From Owenia fusiformis (taxonomy: Eukaryota), in NCBI GenBank assembly GCA_903813345.2, contig CAIIXF020000001.1, positions 23,188,001-23,252,000 on the forward strand: a stretch of 64,000 nucleotides of DNA, written 5' to 3'. Every line of letters begins with the position of its first letter. The first letter of the stretch is position 1. The notes under the pieces are model-generated. The model worked only from the letters and a program-made list of their open reading frames with translations, searched no databases and was not told the DNA's origin. The translations under genes and the position numbers were made by a program. Shown here piece after piece: positions 52,801-62,915 of this stretch.

Positions 52801-55800
52801 CTGACTAGAGGTCCAAACAGAACTCTGATATCTTGCTTCAAAAAAATTTCAAAATCCAGCATGGCTTTGTCACTTCCTGTTTTGTCATTTCCTGTTAACT
52901 TCCATGGCACCTTAAAGGTAGTACATTTCCTTTGGTATCATACAGTATATATCATGTTAAAGGTAGTACATTTCCTTTGGTATCATACAGTATATATCAT
53001 GTTAAAGGTAGTACATTTCCTTTGGTATCATACAGCATATATCATGTTAAAGGTAGTACATTTCCTTTGGTATCATACAGTATATATCATGTTAAAGGTA
53101 GTACATTTTAAAATGAACTATCCAATGTGCCATGTACCATCCCAAATGATATATTTCAAAATTACAAATATTACATTAAAATACATGAAGGTATAAGAGA
53201 CAGTGATTGAAATACATTCTTTGAAAGTAAAACCAATGTAGCACATTGTAAAAAAGAATTTATCTTGTCCTCAATCCCCAAAATTTCCATCTGTAAGCCA
53301 AATGAATCTTTGGCTGTTCAACAAGGTAATAATATTCCTCGATGTTCATAATGTGTGGAATTGCATCCACTAAGCAGGTACTACATACATGTATTCAAGC
53401 CTAACTCTTTGATGGTTTTCTATAACTGACTACAGTGCTGAACTGAAGGTTGACATAACTAGACTAGCTCAGGAAGAGGCAAAGTACGAACAAAATCTAG
53501 CTGAAAATGAGGAGACAATAGCTGAACTGAGGAACAAACAGAAGAGAGTGTTGGAGGTATTTAGTTTTTTTTTATATTACATTCATAAATGCAATTCTGT
53601 TAAATTATAGTCAAGAAAAACCTTGACGAATCAATACTGTATTAAAATGACACTGAAAAATCCTAATGTAATATTCGTAAAATAAGTTCCAAGCCCATGT
53701 GCTGTCAGAATTTAGAATGACCTAATTTTTGTTTTTGTCCAAATGTAGTAATTGCAGTATACACATACATATATGTACATTGTTGTCCAGTAAACCCTTC
53801 CGTCTTTTACTGATACATATTATAGTATTATACTATTGTATGTATGACTTAAACTGTACTGCCATATTTCATGACTCTCAGTGAAGAGAAAGCTAGGACC
53901 AGATTTATGATATAGGTAATGTCCAGTTGCAATGTTTACAAACAAATAGAAAATATTTGAAGTTTTCAAATTGAGTAATAAATTAGGATAAGAAACATCA
54001 TGAATCTAGAACCAATATATTTTGATCTCTTTGGTGTGGCATTGAGGGTAGAATTTATTAAAAAGATCTATTGCTATGATTCTAGGAACTTGAACAGCGA
54101 GCCATAGAGGCTGCAGCAATAGAGAGGCAGGCAGAATTAGCCAAAGAGCAACAGGAACAGGCACATCAACAGCAACAAGAAAACACACAACAAATCCCCA
54201 AGCAAATAAAACCCACAAATCCACAACAAACAGAAGGAACTAAACACAATAATCAAGCTGAGGATGATGAAGCTCCAACAAAAGAATCCCACAAGTCTAC
54301 CTCTATGTTTATAACTGACAAAATCCAAGTCACTGGAGCTGCAGTTCCAGTAGCACAGTCAACCAGAGAGGCTACAACAGTCCCAAAGTCGTGTGTTGTT
54401 GAGACCATTGGACCAATGGAGACTATAGTAAGAAGGTCAGTTCCTCCCCAGATCTTCATCCCGCCCTCACCAACTATTGGAACCACGAGGATTGAGCGTG
54501 AAACAGTAAGTCTATTCAGTATCTATAATAATTGTCTGTTCATTTATTTAATGATCGAGAAATTAAGAAGTATAGCTATGGTGTAATTACTTCTTTAAAG
54601 GCAATGAAGTCATTTTCTTAAGTGAATGTGAATTTGATTAGTACTATTCTTAGAAATATCTTAGTTATTTGATTATCTGTATTTGAATATTATATTTAAT
54701 GAGTCTAGAAATATACAATATATACACAACAGTTTATCATATATACACTATATACAACATATTATGCATATAGTAGACCTGAACACTTTGTTTTATGACT
54801 TAAATGATGTACTAGACTGAATAAGTTGACAAATAATTTACATAAACATTTCTTAAAACTGCAGTAGAATTATAATGAAGACATGTAGTAGGTGGATTAA
54901 CAAATTTTTTTCCCATTAAATGTTTTTAGACTAGTGTTATTTAATTTAAGTCCCTATAGCTGCAGTGTCTGCGTCACAATCACACTTCCTCCAAATCCAC
55001 ATTCTTTCCATTTGCATGAATTTTATCTGAAATATAAAGAGAGACATTTACTAAGATGGATCAGAAACCAGTCACTAAACTCATTTATTGGTGACTTGAC
55101 GATTGTAATGATTTTATGAACTGTACATTAAGTTATATTTCTGCTATTGATTTTCTACATTAAAATCATAGTTCTAATACTGATCTTAATGACCTCACAT
55201 GAACGTAAACTAGATTAAAGGAAAATGTCCAAATTAATTTTGAAGGCAAAGTTGTGCTCTTGCAACACATATGCAGCTTGCTTACCTGACTCATTATCCT
55301 GTGGTTGTGCGATATTTGGTTCAGTTTGGGTCCCCTCATCAATGCTTTCAACGGTATCAGTTTGGACGAGTGTCTCAACTGACGTATAAGCAGGGTTTTC
55401 CGTTTGTTCACCATTAACAAGTGTATGTTTTATTTCATATGTCAAGTCCTTGTTAATGTAGTATTTGTATGTAACTACACTGAGAGCTATGAGTGTTATC
55501 ACTATGATTGTAGCTTCGATTGCGATTACAATGACGTAGGTATGACCAGTTCCCTGATCCAGCGCTTTGATATCCTTGGGTGCGGGAGTTGTCAGCTTTG
55601 GGAAGCGACACTGAGTGAAGGCTGAAAAAGATTTTATGAGTAAACATATTTCACAAAATGCATATGATAATGATATTTTAATAAAATAGCTGGTGCAGAG
55701 AAAAGTATTTAAAATGAAAATGATAAGTGAATTTCTTTATCAGATTGAGAACCTTCATCTCAACAATTGATATTCCTATCTAATACTAGAATTATTTTTA

Positions 55801-58800
55801 TCGTATGATCTGTAAAATGAAGCCCTCTGATTGGTCAGTTCTTGTGCTGTACAGATCTGTATTGCTACTGAGATTGTCCCCGTTGATCAGCTCCGTAGCA
55901 ATACAGAAAATATTGGCATGGAGGGGACAATCTCAGTAGCAATACAGAGGATCACACAATAAAAACGTTATTGAATGATTTGAAGTGCAATACAGGATAT
56001 ATTCTGTCTCGATATTCTGTATTGGCACTCGACTTCAATACGGAATTCTCGAACAGAATATATCCTGTATTGCACTTCAAATCATTCAATAACTTATAGT
56101 ATCTCAATCTAAAAAAGATGTTTATCAATATTTTATAACGTCTATTGTATTCAATTTTAATTCATATAAAATTATAATGATACATTGGATAACCTTACAT
56201 GAACATAGAGTTTTCACATTGCCAATTTCAGTGTCACTGCATAGTTTCTGGATTTTTTTCACATCTCTCTCTCCACTTGGCACGCAAAGCTCAGAGCAGT
56301 AATTCGAATATTCTATTCCATTTATGGTACGGACTACCGGTATGTCAAACTTAGCACATGGATCAGGAGCAGCAATTGCTAGAGCCGCCAATCCCAAAGC
56401 ATATATCGGGAAATTCTGAAATATAAATGAAAGAATTAGCCTATCACAAAACAGTTTCAAAATACTTCAAAGTACATGATTCATAATGAGAAATGCACTA
56501 AATATTTCCTTGTATTATTGGAATTGTATTTTTATCAGAATTGCGATTATTTTGACAAATTGTTTCCTTTATTTTCACGAGATATTGACTCACCATCTTC
56601 CTTTGTCGCTTCCTGAATAAAATTAACTTCAATTAAGTTCCATGGTAAGGAAACTATGGGGAAGTTATAGTTTCTTATGAAAGTAACAGGGTGATCCAAA
56701 AAGTACAGTATTCTTTTAAAAGAGGTGATGAAAATGTTATAAAATGTTGCAATGCCTTTCTCAAATCTTTTTATGAGAAATATACACCACATCTAGTTTC
56801 TATTATGAAATCTTTGTCCACCCTGTATAAGGAAATCAATATACTTGTAGATGTGAACTGTTTCATATGAGAGTCCTTGATCTGGGATTTTGAAGGGTTG
56901 GGATTGGTGACTCACCTCTCTGGATGGCTTTCTCCTTTAGGAGATAATGGGATGAAATTATGTGTCTGTTGCTGCTTCATTGTGTCATCTCATTCAGCCT
57001 CACCTACATGTAACAATAAACAAAAAATAAATGAACAAATAACATACAAGCCATTAAATTGCAGATCTCTCTAATATCAAATATATGCATGTTTTTCCCA
57101 ATGTACAATGGATATACATGGTTTCAGAAAGGATTTCCAATGGTTTCTGTTTCTGGTATGATACCAGTTTCTGTATGGTTTCTGTTTTTGCTGCTTTCTC
57201 TATGTATGTGTATATGTTTGCTCTATTGTATCAATAGCAATTTACCCTATCAATTCAATTCTATTCATCAGTAATCTCTGCTTTAGACTATTATTATCTT
57301 ATGATGTATTGAAACTGGAACTGGAATTTTGGATCAATAGCCAGAATGTTATAATGACCTTAGATTGATTCTGATTCACAATTATAAAGTCCAGGTTGTA
57401 TTCTTTTCAGATAGCATTCCAATTCATCTGTAATGACTAGCATGAGAAAGGAGCTAATACTTGTCCTTGATCCCTTGATCACTGTCACAAATTTGGAATT
57501 TTGAATCCTCGGTATCATAATGCATAATGTAAATTCCATTCAAAACTTCCAAACAGTTGTAGTTGTTATAATAAGGTAGCATGTACTTTGTACTTTAATA
57601 TAGTAGTGTATTTTATGTTAATGATATCCTGATAAGTAGGCATTACTTTTTAAACTTGACTTTTGCTCATGTCTCTCTAAATTCAAATATTAACCATAGG
57701 CACTAGTTTGACAGAAAGATGGCAGTAGCTGTATGTCTGTATGTTTACATTATAGACAGAACTGCCATAATTTCTTTTGACTCTTGATATCTATAGGAAA
57801 TATCTATAGGAAATAGGATGGATTATTCTGGCCAGTTATGGTACAGGGTGGTCAAACATAATGAACATAAACCCTACGCACTTTATTTACAATAACTCAA
57901 TTTTCATCCTGTTCTTTTAAACATGTAGTCTATATCTTATAATACACTACATACATAATTAATGTCACCACCAACAACTGACCTCGTAAACATATATTCT
58001 ACAGCTTTATTGCGACTGGCGTGAGGCATTGTTGGTCAGTTTTGTGTCTGTGCTCTGTATTAAAATGACATTTTGTCATTATCGTATTATATACCTTGAA
58101 GGATCCGTTTGATTGTTGCAGAAATTGATTGGTAGAGAAACATACACTTGATCCCACTGAACATTTATTATTTATTATTAACATACTTTTTTCAAATTAT
58201 TCTTTTCTTCATTTACATATATGTTTAGGTCCCAAATTCCCCCCAGCCAATGATTGGACTGCATGTTCCACAACTTAGACACACCAGGATGTCACAGAGT
58301 CAAACAAACAAGTCACACGGTGTTACTGCTAATCAAGTCCCAAGACAGGTAATTCATTTAACCTATCCCTTTGTAAATATAAGCTGGGATCCTCGAAATA
58401 CAATGTATGAAATATATTCATTTGAGATTTGGGCCCACTTTCAAAACAAGTCCCAAAATGCCAACTTTTGGTACAAATAAAAGTCTGCCAGTGACAATTA
58501 CAGTATGTTAGACATGAACATTAATACCAGTAATGTATATTCTACATTGGTTTTAAGATGTTTAAAATTTAGAAATTATTATTAATATAAATTGTCTTCC
58601 TACAGTGGCTGATCCAGAAACTAACAAGGGGGGGAGAAATATTGAGTTTGGAAAAAAAATCCGCACTTGCGTGAAAAAAACTTTGGGCCCCTAAAACCCA
58701 AAATTGGGCCCAAATTTTTAAAAATAAAGGCCAAATTATGCCCCAAAAGGCACATGTCAAAAAGATTACATATGCAAAAAATTGTTTAACTTGATCAAAT

Positions 58801-61593
58801 TAATTGACAATGTTTTAGGGTGTCTGAAAAATATCTTTGTTTACTTTGAAGGCAAAAAGTGTTGGAATAGCAACTCTCTCTACACAGCCATTCAGACCAA
58901 GAGCAAGTCCCTGTATAGCTCCAGTGGCTCCAGTACAACATGTCCCTCATGTACCACCAAGGCCCCAATCAATTCCTTTTTCCAGACCACCATATAACCC
59001 CCCTTCTCTTGGGGCACACTCCATACTGATCAACCCAGCCCGAATAAGTGAACCTCAAGCTGATCAAAGTAGTGCATCTAATGTGTCCATACCATCAAGG
59101 TCTCCCATGATTCAAGCTAGGTCTCCCATGATTCAAGCTAGGTCTCCCATGATTCAAGCTAGGTCTCCCATGATTCAAGCTAGATCGCCCATGATTCAAA
59201 CAAGGTCTCCAGCCCCTAGTCCATCAACACAGATGTATGTACCTTACTCACAAAGTCAGCATCATCAAACACAGCAGCAGAAAATGGAGCAGCCTCAACA
59301 AATGCAACCACAACAAATGCAACAGGCTAAGCAAATTCAACAAGCTCAACAAATGCAACAGCATTATGAGAACCAACTGCAACAACAGCCACCTGTAGAA
59401 CCTACATCACAGAATGAAGCCATTCAACCAATGGGTAGATGTCTTAAAATTGCTTTAATCTTTACATCTACATTTTAAAATTGGTTCCTGCTAAACAATA
59501 TTCCTGCTGAAAATATGTGAAAATTACAATAATGCTCCAATGAAAATGTGAAGATAGATTATACCTAAGTAGTCTGCGCTCTACCAACCCAATGATGTAT
59601 TTTCTGATAAGTCATCTGTCTCTCCTTTGTTTGTTGTAGAGACATGTGATACAGAGGAACCAGTGACACCTGGAAGACCTATTCCAACCACTCCAGGGTG
59701 TAAGTAGAAATAGTTCTATGCTTCATGCATACGTGACCAGATGTAATGTTCCAGTGTTTATCTGCAAATAACAGCATTACAGTCAGTTAAAAAGACAGCC
59801 AAAAAATTAAAATGCACGTTTAAAAATGTAATTGTAACTTCCAAACAGGTCAAACAAGCGGGTAATACAGTGAAACACCTCTTCAAGTGGAGTCCCTAGA
59901 CCAAATGACTTAATGTTAAATGAACCTCTATAAGTAGAACACCTCCAAGTGGAACACTTTCAGAGGTACCACTTAAACATACTTTTACTGTATAAAAAAT
60001 TGTTAAACAGTTGATAATTATGCATGATTGCTTACCAGGTGAGGCTGCAGTGACCCCAGGAGCTAGCCCATCTAGTGAGTTTGACCTTGACAGAGAGCTG
60101 GAGAAGGTCAGGATGCTTGCTGCAGGTTCTCCTGGATTCTCATTCTCAAGCAGACCAATGTTTGAAGGCGACCATGACATGGTAAGTAATGCATGAAAGA
60201 CCTATAAACCATAAAGAACGACAAAAGACCTGAACTTGTGTTAAAGCACTGAATATTGTGTAAATAGTCTAGCTACAAGCCTCAAGGAGTCAATGACCCC
60301 TTCCTTCCACTTCTTAACTACACACCTTCTCACAAAGGGGAGATGTGTAGTGAGGGAGGGGGGGGGCTTAAAGGGCTTGTAGCTTGAAGTAATGTTTGAC
60401 TTACTATTTTGATTTTGTGATAAAATCAATTTTACTATTTTCTGTTGATCTACAGAGTTCACATGGTGGAGAGAGTGATCAGGCTATGCCAACTTCATTT
60501 GGAATTCAGAGCTTCTTCAATATGGTAAGATATTAGTATTGATATGAGCCTCTCTCTTTTGTCAAAATTTCAATATTGGTATTCAAAATATTACTCTTGT
60601 TGGGGTAGATTTTAATGAAACACAACATTTCCCTGTATACATTGCTTCATAAAATTCACTTGACTACATTTCAGAACTCTGGGCAAGAGTCTCCCAGCCA
60701 CCCTCAGACATCAATGCCAGCAGATTCATCTGGGTTCAACTTTATGGCTGGAGGAGGTGAGTTACCTTGTAGTGTGGGGTACCAGTGCCAAGACAGACCA
60801 ATGAATGAAGAAAGAAACCATAGAATATTGATTATAAACATGTTTTGCTAAGTAGATTTTGATAAAGATTTTGGCCTTGTGAGCCTATGGAATCACATAT
60901 TCATATGGAATCACCCAGCTGCCAGTCTTTTGAACTTAATTCATTATTCAGTATTCATCATTTTATTGGTAATTTTCCCTATTGGTCCCAGCTCCTACTT
61001 TTGCTACAATTTGGAGAAATCAGCTTTTTTGTTGGCAAAATATAAGGAATCACCATGCATGGCCATTTTTATGTCACCATCACAAGTGGTGACATGTTGT
61101 CAATTTTCGTTATAGTCTCAAATTTTTTTGTGGATGGTGTTTAGCAGTTGGTGTTTGGTGGTTGGATTCTGTAACAAATCGCAGGTGGTGACATTTTTCA
61201 TGTTGATGGCTTGTTATCTTAATTGGCGAGAGACTGATTCATGATGAGAGTCAATATGCTTCTTATATGTTTTCTTTCTTTGATTCAGATGCATCCAGCA
61301 CCCAGACAGGGTTCAACTTTGGTGGGGAAGCTTCTAACAATAACAGCCAAGGCTTCAACTTTGGTGTTTCTTCACCTTCAGAGACATCTACTTCTTCACA
61401 GTCCATGGCTTCTATATTTGGTGGAGCTCCAACGACAAGTAAACATTCAGCTGGGTTTTCAATCTTTGGCTCTGGTGATATGACAGCCCAGTCCCCTCAG
61501 ACACCTGGAGAGGGATTTAGTTTCAGTTTTGGGGGGCAAATCACTGATAGCCCTGAGGTGAAGGAAAACAGTTCAGGATTTAAACTTTTTTGA
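49769..61593 (+). CDS. SIX6OS1: SIX6OS1/C14orf39-like coiled-coil protein (synaptonemal complex central element), 14 exons, 831 aa
   Basis: Exons 49769-49841, 50089-50145, 50593-50719, 50925-51014, 51874-52119, 53436-53556, 54086-54505, 58229-58348, 58852-59434, 59640-59699, 60039-60181, 60456-60524, 60675-60756, 61289-61593. All GT-AG with matching phases, total 2496 nt. The N-terminal coiled coil (NRENCESLKKTTAVLSEHEDAL; YEQLWGKYQEKYE...LAEKKAE) and the C-terminal SPGFSF/GFSFSFG...GFKLF* resemble vertebrate SIX6OS1 as recalled. Confidence 0.72.
50089..50145 (+). CDS. SIX6OS1-like exon 2
   Basis: ttccag| EFEVQQYMQLIEKEQQHID |GTGAG, phase 1-1. Confidence 0.8.
50593..50719 (+). CDS. SIX6OS1-like exon 3
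   Basis: ttttcag| LQKDVEVKHREID...WNRENCE |GTATGT, phase 1-2. Confidence 0.85.
50925..51014 (+). CDS. SIX6OS1-like exon 4
   Basis: tttatag| LKKTTAVLSEHEDALNKKLGELVAKHEQE |GTAGAT, phase 2-2. Confidence 0.85.
51231..51887 (+). repeat. 47-bp tandem array, ~14 copies, overlapping the exon-5 acceptor
   Basis: CTTACTAGGTCTCATTACATTACAGAGAGGAGAATGAAGTATTATTA units. Confidence 0.9.
51874..52119 (+). CDS. SIX6OS1-like exon 5 (coiled coil)
   Basis: ttacag| EGHEAVLSHYEQLWGKYQEKYE...NDFVVK; ends at the U12-type donor GTATCCTTT. Confidence 0.85.
52156..52911. mobile_element. Kolobok-like MITE, TTAA TSD, ~300-bp inverted arms
   Basis: TTAA-GGTGCTATGGAAGTTAACAGGAAATGAC... / ...TTAACTTCCATGGCACC-TTAA. 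Confidence 0.8.
52915..53109 (+). repeat. 45-bp tandem array (~4 copies)
   Basis: AAGGTAGTACATTTCCTTTGGTATCATACAGTATATATCATGTTA; matches the sequence immediately after the U12 donor. Confidence 0.85.
53436..53556 (+). CDS. SIX6OS1-like exon 6
   Basis: tacag| AELKVDITRLAQEEAKYEQNL...KRVLE |GTATTT, phase 2-0. Confidence 0.85.
54086..54505 (+). CDS. SIX6OS1-like exon 7 (Q/E-rich, then Pro-rich)
   Basis: ttctag|GAA...ACA|GTAAGT; 420 nt open, in frame with ORF 54305. Confidence 0.85.
54980..55026 (-). CDS. Nested gene probable last exon (DKIHANGKNVDLEEV*)
   Basis: Polypyrimidine acceptor ctctctttatatttcag, phase 1, TGA at 54982-54980. Confidence 0.6.
54980..56596 (-). CDS. Nested antisense gene: 200-aa type-I single-pass membrane protein with Cys-rich ectodomain
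   Basis: Coding exons 56596-56594 (ATG at the end of a 19-nt exon 56612-56594), 56415-56199, 55621-55286, 55026-54980. All GT-AG with consistent phases, 603 nt. Signal peptide MNFPIYALGLAALAIAA, 6 Cys, TM YVIVIAIEATIIVITLIALSVVTY, acidic tail ending DLEEV*. Probable upstream exon 57003-56916. Confidence 0.75.
55286..55621 (-). CDS. Nested gene exon: stalk, transmembrane helix and cytoplasmic tail
   Basis: ttttcag|CC TTC ... TCA G|GTAAGC; 336 nt open, phase 1-1. Confidence 0.78.
55857..56093. repeat. Double hairpin element (24-bp and 41-bp perfect inverted arms)
   Basis: 55857-80 pairs with 55924-47; 55967-56007 pairs with 56053-56093. Confidence 0.8.
56199..56415 (-). CDS. Nested gene exon: signal peptide plus Cys-rich domain
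   Basis: tttcag|AAT TTC CCG ... TGT TCA T|GTAAGG. Confidence 0.78.
58229..58348 (+). CDS. SIX6OS1-like exon 8
   Basis: tttag|GTC...CAG|GTAATT; 120 nt, phase 0-0. Confidence 0.75.
58852..59434 (+). CDS. SIX6OS1-like exon 9 (Pro/Gln-rich, RSPMIQA repeats)
   Basis: Lies within ORF 58837-59478; ttgaag|GCA ... ATG G|GTAGAT. Confidence 0.8.
59640..59699 (+). CDS. SIX6OS1-like exon 10
   Basis: ttgtag| ETCDTEEPVTPGRPIPTTPG |GTAAGT, phase 1-1. Confidence 0.75.
59868..59990. mobile_element. Small TA-flanked Tc1/mariner-type MITE
   Basis: TA-CAGTGAAA...TTTTACTG-TA with AACACCTC repeats. Confidence 0.45.
60039..60181 (+). CDS. SIX6OS1-like exon 11
   Basis: ccag| EAAVTPGASPSSEFDLDRELEKVR...GSPGFSFSS...DM |GTAAGT. 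Confidence 0.8.
60456..60524 (+). CDS. SIX6OS1-like exon 12
   Basis: tacag| SSHGGESDQAMPTSFGIQSFFNM |GTAAGA. Confidence 0.78.
60675..60756 (+). CDS. SIX6OS1-like exon 13
   Basis: tttcag| NSGQESPSHPQ...GFNFMAGG |GTGAGT. Confidence 0.8.
61066..61216 (-). mobile_element. Short HINE-family element
   Basis: Reverse copy with ATGTCACCA..TGGTGACAT hairpin and the family head. Confidence 0.6.
61289..61593 (+). CDS. SIX6OS1-like terminal exon (GFxF-rich)
   Basis: ttcag|AT, phase 1; ends ENSSGFKLF-TGA. Confidence 0.85.
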
Positions 61594-62510
61594 TTTGCGA
61601 TGACTAATTCTATACAAGGACTCTAGTGATTTATTTTTGTCCCTGTGATCTTTGTGAGAACCTTTGCATTGGATGGCAAAGGGATGTCATTTTTACATGT
61701 AGAATTGCAGATCAACATTCACATTGAGCAGGACTATACATTTTCAAACAATTGAAAAATATCTAGATTGTTCCATTAGGAGGTTTCCACCTATAATTGA
61801 CAATGTATGGTCTTGCATTAAATTAGTGATCATCTGATCAGGTTTAACACATCGTCTAGTAATTCACGAATTTGACAGGTTGGACAAAATCTGGAATCAA
61901 TTTTACATTATTATACATGATAATGTTTGCGATGAAAGAACAGCCTAGAAATTGGTCACCTATCCAGACAAATGAATTATCAGGGCCTGTCCCTATATAT
62001 ACGTGCCAAAATCCAGCAATGCTTCAATTCCAAGTTTTCCAAGTTCATAATAGTCTCAATGCTGCTCCTTAGTCACAGCACTCAAATAAGACACTTCTAT
62101 TGATGCACTCACCTAAGAGGGATTTTACTGTAAGTTTCTGATTGAAGATTGAACCATATGCTGGACTTCTCTTTTTGACATTAAGTTTGTTACAAATCAA
62201 TTGTCTAGTCAATGTTATATTGATCTCATATACATACATGTGTATTACTGTTAGGATTTTACCATTGTTATTTTTGTACTTTGACAAATTCATCATGTTT
62301 ATTGTTTATCGAATATATATATTTAGAATATATCATAATTTTTACATTAAATTGAAAACAAATAGTTGTGTTTGAAAATATTGGACGTTTAACAAGTGAG
62401 ATACAAATATTTCATCTGGGTATACAGATAATTCAGTATTAGGTGCACACAAGAGAGAAAATTTATTGTGATCCCATTCTATAGTTAGTATACATAAACT
62501 TATCAGAGTA

Positions 62511-62915
62511 TAGTAAAACCTGTCTAATCCGAACGCCATTGGGACCGGATAAAAGCATTTAGATTAGGAGGTGTTCACATTTCAAGGTTTTTGCATTCGC
62601 AATATTCCGAATTCTTAAGAAATGTGAACACATTCTCGGTGAATATTTTTAGTTCGTTTGACCACATAGCTTTCTGGCATTCCAGAAATTTGAAATTTGA
62701 TTCAAATGAATCTAGTCATGCTGGAAAGCCCCATTATGAATGAGACAATTCAAGATTATTTGCCAAAGTTTTGATATCATGACAAAATTTGAGCAATTTT
62801 GTATGAAACATCAGAAATTTTATGAAAAGTGTTCAGATTAGACAGGTGAGAAAAAAAGTCTTCAGATTGGGAGGTGTTCGGATTAGCCAGGTGTTCAGAT
62901 ATACAGGTTCTACTG
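62511..62915. mobile_element. Tc1/mariner (Tigger-like) MITE
   Basis: TA-TAGTAAAACCTGT...ACAGGTTCTACTG-TA; subterminal GGTGTTCRGATT repeats. Confidence 0.6.

Larger units (their letters stand above)
52120..53435 (+). other. U12-type (minor spliceosome) GT-AG intron
   Basis: The 5' site GTATCCTTT is the U12 consensus, and this position gives the phase required by exon 6. Branch-like TTCTATAAC at 53418-53426, just before the AG. Confidence 0.7.

Noticed and set aside
59849-59861. 13-nt microexon in SIX6OS1-like intron 10
   Set aside because: It would shift the frame; exons 10 and 11 already join in phase.
60675-61593. FG-nucleoporin (GFNFGG/FSFG motifs)
   Set aside because: There are few motifs, and they splice in frame to a SIX6OS1-like coiled coil whose vertebrate counterpart also ends in F-rich motifs.
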